From contig JAFQZM010000013.1 in the NCBI GenBank assembly GCA_017405875.1, forward strand, positions 1,709-65,708: 64,000 nucleotides of DNA. Reading direction: 5' to 3'. Shown piece after piece: positions 56,661-64,000 of this stretch. Below the pieces are notes generated by a model. The model saw nothing but the letters and a program-made list of their open reading frames with translations. It made no database searches and was not told the DNA's origin. The stretch is from a bacterium (GTDB taxonomy: Bacteria; UBP6; UBA1177). How positions within the stretch are numbered: the first letter of the stretch is position 1; every line of letters begins with the position of its first letter. Position numbers and translations under genes: made by a program.

Positions 56661-58298
56661 ATGTTCGAACAGATCGAGATCCTGCCGCTCGGCGGACTGA
56701 AAGAGATCGGAAAAAACTGCATGCTCATAAAAGCGGGCGAAGACGCGATAATGATCGACTGCGGCATGGGTTTTCCGGGCAATGACGACTTTATGGAAGA
56801 TGATTTTTTCATCCCCGATTTTGATATAATCGAAGAACTGGGGATAAATCTGCTCGGCTGCGTGATAACCCACGGGCATGAGGACCACATCGGCGGCGTG
56901 CCGTATCTCCTGCAGGAATTCGATGTTCCGGTCTATATGACTAATTTTCCTGCGCTCGTTCTTGCCGAAAGGATCGACCGTTTTGCAGTTTACAAAAAGA
57001 ACATCAGGACTTTGAACTACAAACATCCTGAGACAATAAAACTCGGCGATTTCACGATCGACATGATCGACGTTCCCCACTCTATTCCAGAGGCGAAGGC
57101 GCTTGTCATCAAAATCGGCGACTTTACTATCCTCCACACCGGTGATTTCAAGTACGAACCGGGTAAAGGTTCTCCTTTTACCGGGAAAATTCCTGAAAAT
57201 ATCGACATTCTCCTTTCAGACAGCACGAATATCGAGCGTCAGGGTCACTCCGAAAGCGAAGAATCGATCCTCGGAAACATCGCCGACATTATTGAAAACG
57301 CCACGGGGCGCGTGATTGCGACCGGTTTTTCGTCAAATACGACGAGGATAGGAAACATCATCAACATTTCGCTGCTCAAAGGCAGAACTGTAGGCCTTCT
57401 CGGACGCAGCGTAAACACTTACATGCAAATCGCTTCTGAGCTCGGCCACATCAAGCTGCCGGCATCGGTCCTCACCGACCAGACGAAGATAAACCGTGTT
57501 CCCGAAAACAAGATAACCCTCATAGTTACGGGCTCTCAGGCAGAACCGCGCAGCGTCATGAAGCGGATGAGCCTCGACATGATGAAGTCAGTCTCTGTCC
57601 GTTACGGCGACACCATCTTTTTCAGCTCGAAAAACATTCCCGGAAACGAACTTTCGATCGGCAGAATGATCGACAAGCTCATTGAAAAGGGAGCTGACGT
57701 CTACTACGAAAATACCGACAAGATCCATGTTTCGGGACATGCTTTCCAGGATGACATCGTCCAGGCTTTCAAAGACGTTCATCCGCGCTATGTCGTTCCG
57801 GTGCACGGCCACAGAAGATTTTTGGATCTCAGCGCGAGACTTGCCGAAAAGAACGGTTTCAGCTCAGTAGTAATCAGCGACGGCGACATGCTCTGCTTCA
57901 AAAAAGGGAGACGTCCTTTCATTTCGCACACTTTCGAACTTTCGACAAAAGTCGTTTCCAACGGCGAATCGGATCTCATTGATTTTGAGAACATAAAAGA
58001 GCGCAAACGTATTGCCAAAGCGGGTTTCATGACAGTTATGATGACTGTCGACTTCTTCTCGAACGAACTTTTGGCGGCTCCGAGAATAATTTCAGCAGGT
58101 ATCGCGAACGCGGCTAAAATGAAGCAGATAGAGCGCGAGATCAAGGATATGATCGAAGACTACTTCAAAGACGAACTTGCCGAAGAGCCCATCTGGAAGG
58201 ATGTCGAAGAGGATATCCGCATCATGGTCCGCCACTATCTCACCGAACTCACCGACAAAAAGCCGGTGGTTCATGCAATCATTGTAAATCTGGATTAG
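56661..58298 (+). CDS. rnj: Ribonuclease J (MBL/beta-CASP)
   Basis: HGHEDHIGG motif and the beta-CASP region; RBS GGAGAAAAAA. Confidence 0.9.
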   Translation: MFEQIEILPLGGLKEIGKNCMLIKAGEDAIMIDCGMGFPGNDDFMEDDFFIPDFDIIEELGINLLGCVITHGHEDHIGGVPYLLQEFDVPVYMTNFPALVLAERIDRFAVYKKNIRTLNYKHPETIKLGDFTIDMIDVPHSIPEAKALVIKIGDFTILHTGDFKYEPGKGSPFTGKIPENIDILLSDSTNIERQGHSESEESILGNIADIIENATGRVIATGFSSNTTRIGNIINISLLKGRTVGLLGRSVNTYMQIASELGHIKLPASVLTDQTKINRVPENKITLIVTGSQAEPRSVMKRMSLDMMKSVSVRYGDTIFFSSKNIPGNELSIGRMIDKLIEKGADVYYENTDKIHVSGHAFQDDIVQAFKDVHPRYVVPVHGHRRFLDLSARLAEKNGFSSVVISDGDMLCFKKGRRPFISHTFELSTKVVSNGESDLIDFENIKERKRIAKAGFMTVMMTVDFFSNELLAAPRIISAGIANAAKMKQIEREIKDMIEDYFKDELAEEPIWKDVEEDIRIMVRHYLTELTDKKPVVHAIIVNLD

Positions 58299-58307
58299 GA
58301 GGAAAAA

Positions 58308-58760
58308 ATGGAATCTCTGGCCGTTGCTCCCTGGATAATCTGGACGGTTATCGCCGTCGCTTCGTTCATTTTAGAAATTTTCATTCCCGGTTTCTGGGTT
58401 GCGATTTTAGGTATCGGTGCGCTTGCAGCAGTTCCTTTAGCTGCTCTCGGAGCGGGAACGACCTGGCAGATACTCGTTTTTGCCGTCGTTTCGATAATTG
58501 CCGGAATATTTTTCAGACCGCTCGCCCTCAAATATTTCTTCAAATCGTCCGAAAAACGCGAGGCCAACACCTATGCAATGATCGGCAAAAAGGCGAAAGT
58601 CCTTTCAAAAATAACTTCCGACGAGCCGGGAAAGGCAAAGATCGGAAGCGAAGTCTGGACAGCTGTTCCCGAAAACGAGGAGGCCGTTTTCAATGAAGGC
58701 GAAACAGTAGAAATCACTGCCGTTGACGGCGCAAAAATTATAGTAAAATCTCACAATTAG
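58308..58760 (+). CDS. NfeD-family membrane protein (partner of SPFH protein)
   Basis: 150 aa with an N-terminal TM segment and a C-terminal OB-fold-like region (KAKIGSEVWTAV...GETVEITAVDGAKIIVK). Confidence 0.8.
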   Translation: MESLAVAPWIIWTVIAVASFILEIFIPGFWVAILGIGALAAVPLAALGAGTTWQILVFAVVSIIAGIFFRPLALKYFFKSSEKREANTYAMIGKKAKVLSKITSDEPGKAKIGSEVWTAVPENEEAVFNEGETVEITAVDGAKIIVKSHN

Positions 58761-58769
58761 GAGGCAAAA

Positions 58770-59750
58770 ATGGTTTGGGTAATCGTTGTTCTCTGCGTTT
58801 TTGCAGTAATCATCATCGCAAAAGGAGCGAAAATCGTTCCTCAGGCGAAAGTCATCATCGTTGAAAGGCTCGGAAAGTATCACTGCACGCTTCAGAGCGG
58901 TTTCAACATCATCGTTCCGATCATCGACAAGCCGCGCAAAATGGAAACAAGAGTGATGAAACAGCTCTACGACGGCAGAAAGATCATGGTCACGACGGAG
59001 CAGACCTTCATCGATCTGCGCGAGACCGTTCACGACTTCCCGAAGCAGAACGTTATTACGAAAGATAACGTCGTAATCGAAATCGACGCGATCCTTTACT
59101 ACCAGATCACCGATCCGTTCAAGGCGATGTACGAAATTTCGAACCTTCCCGATGCTATCGAAAAGCTCGCTAAAACGACTCTTAGAAACATCATCGGAAA
59201 CATGGACCTCGATCACACCTTGTCGAGCAGGGACGATATAAACTCGAAAATGACCGAGATCCTTGATGAAGCGACCGACAAATGGGGCGTAAAAGTCAAC
59301 CGCGTCGAGATTCAGGACATCAACCCGCCGCAGGACATCAAAAACGCGATGGAAAAGCAGATGCGTGCAGAGCGCGACAAACGTGCTGCAATACTCACGG
59401 CTGAGGCTGACAAACAGTCGAAGATCCTTGAATCGGAAGGTGAAAAGCAGAAGAACATCAACTACGCTGCCGGCATGAAGGAATCGAACATCCTCGAAGC
59501 CGAAGGTCAGGCTGCGGCGAAAATCAAAGTCGCAACGGCTGAAGCTGAGTCAATCAAACTCATTGCTGACGCAATAAAAGACACGAAAATGGATCCGGCG
59601 CAGTATCTCATCGCACTCAAATACATCGAAACCTTAGCTGCAATCACTTCGGGCAAGGATAACAAAGTCGTCTACATGCCTTACGAAGCAAGCGGGATAC
59701 TCGGTTCGGTCGGCTCGATTCAGGAAATGTTCAAAAATCTGCCGAAATAA
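58770..59750 (+). CDS. SPFH/band-7 (stomatin/slipin-like) protein
   Basis: N-terminal TM segment plus SPFH domain (IVPQAKVIIVERLGKY...TKDNVVIEIDAILYYQITDP). Confidence 0.9.
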   Translation: MVWVIVVLCVFAVIIIAKGAKIVPQAKVIIVERLGKYHCTLQSGFNIIVPIIDKPRKMETRVMKQLYDGRKIMVTTEQTFIDLRETVHDFPKQNVITKDNVVIEIDAILYYQITDPFKAMYEISNLPDAIEKLAKTTLRNIIGNMDLDHTLSSRDDINSKMTEILDEATDKWGVKVNRVEIQDINPPQDIKNAMEKQMRAERDKRAAILTAEADKQSKILESEGEKQKNINYAAGMKESNILEAEGQAAAKIKVATAEAESIKLIADAIKDTKMDPAQYLIALKYIETLAAITSGKDNKVVYMPYEASGILGSVGSIQEMFKNLPK

Positions 59751-59825
59751 GCGGCAAAAATACAAAAAATCAATCCGTCAAATCAATTTATGAATCCAAA
59801 AATTATCGGGATTTTATTTAAGAAG

Positions 59826-59912
59826 TGGTGCCGAGAACAGGACTTGAACCTGCACGGAGTTGCCCCCACTAGAACCTGAATCTAGCGTGTCTGCCAATTC
59901 CACCATCCCGGC
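59826..59912 (-). tRNA. tRNA-Leu (anticodon CAG), type II with long variable arm
   Basis: Reverse complement GCCGGGATGGTGGAATTGGCAGACACGCTAGATTCAGGTTCTAGTGGGGGCAACTCCGTGCAGGTTCAAGTCCTGTTCTCGGCACCA: 7 bp acceptor stem (one G-U), anticodon loop UUCAGGU, T-loop GTTCAAGTCC, encoded CCA. Coordinates +/-2. Confidence 0.85.
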
Positions 59913-59966
59913 ACACAAAAAGCGCGGTAATTATACTCAAAATGCGTTATAGTCAAGAATTTTCGG

Positions 59967-61721
59967 CTAATCGCCCGCAAGATGCTTGAGCTGCTCCTTG
60001 AGAGCGTTGAATTTTTCGGCCTCTTTTTTCATTTTTTCGACCTCTGCCGAAAGCTCTGCAGCTTTTTTCTCAGCCGCAGCAAGTTTCTCCGCAGATTCTG
60101 CCGCACTCTTTTTGAGAGCTTCCAACTCGGTGTGAGCCGTTTCTAAAGCCTCTTTCGTTTCCATGAGTTTGTCGATCTGCTCGTTGAGAGTTTTGATCTT
60201 GTCGAGTTTTTCGGCATTTTTGCTTTTCAAAGACTCGTTTTCTTTAACAAGTTCATCGTTCTGGTCGGTGATTTCAGCCGCTTTCGCTATAGCTTCGCCG
60301 AGTTCCTCGATTTCGCTTTTCTGAGTCGAGCAAACTTTTTCAAGTTCCGCTTTTTCACTGCGGACTTTTTCAAATTCATCGGCGATGATCGTCAGATTCG
60401 ATATTGTATCCTTGAGTTCAGCAGCCTCGGACTCGGATTCTTTGATAAGAGCTTCCTTTTCTTCGACAAGGCGGGATTTTTCGGCTGCCTCGTCTGTTGC
60501 TTTTTTCAGCGAAGTTTCAAGATTTTTCTTCTCAGCCGCAACCGCATCTGCCGCTTTCTTAAGATCAGCTATTTCGGAATCATTCTTTTTTACTTTGGCA
60601 GTTTCTGCTTCGAGAGCCTTCTTCAATTCTTCGGCTTCCTTTTTGTGCGCCTCAACCAGCTTTTCTTTTTCGGAAGCAGCGGATTTTTTGGTTTCTTCCA
60701 GTGATTTTGCAAGTTTATCTTTTTCCGTTGCAACTTCTTTGGTTTCCGCCTCAGCCTTTTTGACTCTCTCTTTCATCTCTTTGTTGTAAACCGAAAGAAC
60801 ATCGTTCTGATCTTTGACTTCGTTGATTTTCTTTTTCAGATCGTCAACGTCTTTCTGGCTGAACGAATTTTTGAGCGTTGCTTCAAGATCCTGAACCGAC
60901 TTTTCAAGAGTAGCGTTTTTCTTTTCGGCTTCTTCAAGTTTTGCGGCGGTTGCAGTTTTCTCTTCCTCAACTTTTTTCATGTCGGAGGCAAGTTTTTCCT
61001 TTTCTGCCGAGGCTGCGTCAAGCTGTTTTTTGAGTTCGTCGCACTCTTTTGCCGTATTTCCGGCAGCGGCAAGCTTTTCTTCGAGATCGGCAACCTGCTC
61101 TTCAAGATTTTTTATGCGAAGTCCTTTCTGTACAATGGCGTCTTTGAGTTCGCCCGTTTCCTCTTCTATTTTTGAAGCATCGGAAAGATTTTTTTCAAGA
61201 GTCGCGATTTTTTCAGCCTGAACGCGGAGTTTTTCTTCACTTTCCGAAACCTGTTTGTTCATCAAATCGATTTTTTCTGCATCCTCGGCAAGTTTTCCTT
61301 TCAAAGCTGAAAGTTCTGCCGCGCTTTCTTCGGCTGCCAAAGCGTCAAGGAAGGGATAAATCGCATTCATCGAAGCAAGGATTGTCTCGTCGTCGGTCGG
61401 AATTTTGAGATAATAATCAGCGTGGTAGTCGAATTCTCTGTGTCTGTCGAAAGTCGCCTCGTCCGCATTGCTCGAAATAAGCAGGATCGGGCGTGATGCG
61501 TAAAGGCTCAGAGCCCTGATTTTTTTGCAGAGCATAAAACCTTGCATTCCCGGATTTTCAGCCCTGATTATAAAGGCGTTGATTTTCGTCCTGTCGAGAA
61601 TTTCCTGAACCTTTGTTTCGGAATCCGCAACAAAAACGGAAAAACCGAATTGTTCAAAAAGAGCCGAAAGATTTCCGGCATTTGCTGAATCGGATTCGTA
61701 AATAAGAAGGTTTTTGCTCAT
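59967..61721 (-). CDS. Response-regulator receiver domain fused to a ~450 aa coiled-coil
   Basis: N-terminal REC (MSKNLLIYESDSANAGNLSALFEQFGFSVFVADS...ILLISS), then E/K/A/L-rich heptad-like sequence. Confidence 0.65.
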   Translation of the reverse strand: MSKNLLIYESDSANAGNLSALFEQFGFSVFVADSETKVQEILDRTKINAFIIRAENPGMQGFMLCKKIRALSLYASRPILLISSNADEATFDRHREFDYHADYYLKIPTDDETILASMNAIYPFLDALAAEESAAELSALKGKLAEDAEKIDLMNKQVSESEEKLRVQAEKIATLEKNLSDASKIEEETGELKDAIVQKGLRIKNLEEQVADLEEKLAAAGNTAKECDELKKQLDAASAEKEKLASDMKKVEEEKTATAAKLEEAEKKNATLEKSVQDLEATLKNSFSQKDVDDLKKKINEVKDQNDVLSVYNKEMKERVKKAEAETKEVATEKDKLAKSLEETKKSAASEKEKLVEAHKKEAEELKKALEAETAKVKKNDSEIADLKKAADAVAAEKKNLETSLKKATDEAAEKSRLVEEKEALIKESESEAAELKDTISNLTIIADEFEKVRSEKAELEKVCSTQKSEIEELGEAIAKAAEITDQNDELVKENESLKSKNAEKLDKIKTLNEQIDKLMETKEALETAHTELEALKKSAAESAEKLAAAEKKAAELSAEVEKMKKEAEKFNALKEQLKHLAGD

Positions 61722-61735
61722 GATAAATCCCCTGA

Positions 61736-62188
61736 TTATTTGTTTTTAAAAGCCGAAAGTTTTTTTTCTATCGCAAAAATCGAACCGACACCGTTATCTT
61801 TCAAAATTTTCCAAAAAGCACTTCCGCCTAAAGAAATGAGTTTCGGATAACCGTGAAGAGTAAGTTTCAAAAAATTCGCGTAAATTACCAAATCCACCTT
61901 TTCTTTTTCGCCCGTAAGCAGTTTTGCAGCAAAAACCAAAAAATCTTCAACACTTAAATTTGAAGAGTATTCAGAAAACAGTTTAGTGAAAACTTCTTCC
62001 TGCATACTTACGACAAAATCAGGTTTTTCAGAACCGGGTTCACGGAACGAAATCCCGCACTTTTCACGTGAAACAATTGCCTTCCCGCCGCATTCTACCG
62101 AGACTCCGAAGGATGCTCCCTTTGAAAGAGAATTTAAGATTTTCATTACCGCGTCATTCTTTCTGACTGCTTCTTCTATAGAAATCAT
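61736..62188 (-). CDS. Hypothetical protein (possible SCP2-like fold)
   Basis: 150 aa; weak resemblance only. Confidence 0.3.
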   Translation of the reverse strand: MISIEEAVRKNDAVMKILNSLSKGASFGVSVECGGKAIVSREKCGISFREPGSEKPDFVVSMQEEVFTKLFSEYSSNLSVEDFLVFAAKLLTGEKEKVDLVIYANFLKLTLHGYPKLISLGGSAFWKILKDNGVGSIFAIEKKLSAFKNK

Positions 62189-62289
62189 GCACTGAACCTC
62201 TCAGCCAAAGAGCGCGTTTTTTTATCATAAGCTCTTTTCTTTTGCAAGAATTTAAAATAATATGCGCCGGGTTTTGCGGCAAAGCCGTC

Positions 62290-62362
62290 AGGGGCGTGTG
62301 TGAAAAACCAACACACTCCACAGTCTGCTAATGCAGCCAACCCCCTAACTTAGGGGAGCAGT
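62290..62362. repeat. Hairpin repeats upstream of the GT2 gene: GTGTGTG-loop-CACACAC hairpin plus a diverged copy of the dispersed repeat (..CAGTCTGCTAATGCAGCCAACCCCCTAACTTAGGGGAGCAG)
   Basis: Read directly. Confidence 0.35.
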
Positions 62363-62377
62363 TGCAAGGAGGTATCA

Positions 62378-63208
62378 TTGAAATTTTCAATAGTTATCCC
62401 GAGTTACAATCAGGGTGAGTTTTTGGAGCGCACTCTCCTTTCAGTCATAAATCAGGGCGTTGACACTGAAATCATCGTGATTGACGGCGGTTCGACCGAC
62501 AATTCTGTCGAAATCATCAAAAAATACGAAGACAAGATCGCCTACTGGGTTTCCGAGCGTGACCGCGGACAGAGCCACGCGCTGAACAAAGGTTTTGCTC
62601 ATGCTACAGGCGACATTTTCGGCTGGCAGAACAGCGACGACGTCTATATGCCCGGCGCGTTCAGGAAAGTTCAGGAAGTTTTTGAAAAATTTCCCGATAA
62701 AAAGATCGTTTACGGCAACTGGTATGAAATCGACGAAAACGACAACGTCATTGACAAAACATATTCTGCGCCGAAACCAAGAGTGCCGCATTTTTCCTAC
62801 GAAGGGTTTGACTGCTACAACCAGACAATGTTCTGGAGAAGAAGCGTTCACGAAAAATTCGGTCAGCACGATGAAAGTCTGCACATGCTGATGGATGACG
62901 ACATGATTTTCCGCTTCATTTTTCAGGAAGGAGTCGATTCTTTTTATAAAATCAATGACTTTTTGGCTGCGTTCAGGCGCACTTCGACGCAGAAAAGCCC
63001 TGATGACCATCTGAACGAAACGACGATTCTGAATGAAAAAATGCTCGCCGAAAAATTCGGATTTCCGCAGGAAAACAGTTTTGTCGGGAAATATTACCGG
63101 GTGCGTCACAGATTCGCGAAACTCTGGTGGCATCTCACTCAGGGCGGTATCCGCTACACCTGGCACAAATTCTGGCGCGGCTATAAAAAAAGAGGAAAAA
63201 TTTTTTAA
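62378..63208 (+). CDS. GT2-family glycosyltransferase
   Basis: KFSIVIPSYNQGEFLERTLLSVINQ...VIDGGSTD...WQNSDD. Confidence 0.85.
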   Translation: MKFSIVIPSYNQGEFLERTLLSVINQGVDTEIIVIDGGSTDNSVEIIKKYEDKIAYWVSERDRGQSHALNKGFAHATGDIFGWQNSDDVYMPGAFRKVQEVFEKFPDKKIVYGNWYEIDENDNVIDKTYSAPKPRVPHFSYEGFDCYNQTMFWRRSVHEKFGQHDESLHMLMDDDMIFRFIFQEGVDSFYKINDFLAAFRRTSTQKSPDDHLNETTILNEKMLAEKFGFPQENSFVGKYYRVRHRFAKLWWHLTQGGIRYTWHKFWRGYKKRGKIF

Positions 63209-64000
63209 ATGAAAGTCGTTTCGATCACCACCGCATTTCCGAGAAGCGATTCAGACGTTCTGATTCCGTGGATAATCCGCCTTATCAATCTTCTGCAAGA
63301 AAAGGGCATAGAAACCTCTGTTTTCACTTCGTCATACTGCGGAAGAAAAAGCGAAATCAGCAACAACATCAAAGTGTTCCGATTTAGATACTTTTTCAAA
63401 AAGAGGGAAAAGTTAAGCCACGATATGTCTGTTCCCGAAAAGCTGAAAAGCAACAAACTTTATTTTTTTGTATTACCGTTTTTTATGATTTTCGGAATGA
63501 TTTCGGCTTGTTTTTATGCAAAAAACAATGATTTTGACATTATTCACGTCCACTTCCCTTTTCCTTTGGCTCTTTTCGGAATTATAATGAAAATTTTTTC
63601 CAAAAAGCCGCTTGTCATGACGTGTCACGGAAGCGAAGTCAACATGGCGAAAAAGAATCCTGTTTTCAGAAAAATCTTCAATTTTATGCTTAAAAAAGCT
63701 GATTTTATTACGGTAAATTCAACTTTTATGAAAAACGAAGTGGAAAAAATCATTGAAAACAAAAATATAGAAATAATCCCTATGGGGGCCGGAATCGGCA
63801 ATGTTTCCGCAAAAGAAACAATAAAAAAAGATCAGAAGGCAAAAACAAACATTCTTTTTGTCGGGCGCTTGATCGAGTGGAAAGGCGCGAAATATCTCAT
63901 TGATGCGCTGAATCTGCTTGATCCGGAAAAATTCGAGCTTCATATCGCGGGAGACGGTCCTGAGCGGGAAAAACTTGAAAAACAGGCGCCTGAAAACGTC
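63208..64000 (+). CDS. GT4-family glycosyltransferase, 5' part (runs off the window end)
   Basis: MKVVSITTAFPRSDSDVLIPWIIRLIN...FVGRLIEWKG; TAAATG-type overlap with the upstream GT2. Confidence 0.6.

Overview
This 64 kb window is bacterial chromosome with compact operons; several gene families (lipoprotein signal, GT-rich glycan locus, gene content) are compatible with a Fibrobacteres/FCB-group organism, but I cannot confirm that. From left to right it holds: (1) housekeeping genes pepD, guaA and ybaK. (2) A ~10.5 kb Type I restriction-modification island (3.9-14.6 kb) ordered hsdM - AlbA_2/Schlafen-like gene - hsdS - two embedded genes (a protein with a C-terminal TIR-like PF10137/CAP12-type domain and a DUF2806-like protein) - hsdR. 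The embedded pair sits in the slot occupied by the anticodon nuclease PrrC in E. coli prr loci and is my best candidate for an undescribed RM-linked abortive-infection/defence module. The island is decorated with unusual short-period repeat arrays and a dispersed ~48 bp hairpin repeat family that even sits in-frame inside hsdM and hsdR. (3) A block of core genes: Gate-domain membrane protein, truA, a lipoprotein, a GT-C transferase, tatD, an MBL hydrolase and a possibly split RdgC. (4) A ~21 kb AT-rich ABC-transporter-dependent polysaccharide (O-antigen/capsule-like) locus, 21.8-42.6 kb. It holds a GT10 fucosyltransferase, wzm and wzt, which are separated by an inserted DUF559 mini-element within a duplicated promoter block, an FkbM methyltransferase and many GT2/GT4/GnT-I-like glycosyltransferases in tandem segmental duplications, with gene remnants and one frameshifted GT-acetyltransferase fusion. 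(5) A tripartite HipB-HipS-HipT-like toxin-antitoxin module whose kinase carries a homopolymer frameshift, plus a second canonical HipBA pair further right. (6) An FAD oxidoreductase, an AAA+/DUF4143 ATPase, polA, an AbrB-type/RelE-like TA pair, PAP2 phosphatase, nudC, copA, RNase J, an NfeD/SPFH pair, tRNA-Leu(CAG), a receiver-coiled-coil protein and the start of another GT cluster. All calls rest on motif recognition by eye. Coordinates of repeats counted by hand may be off by a few bases.
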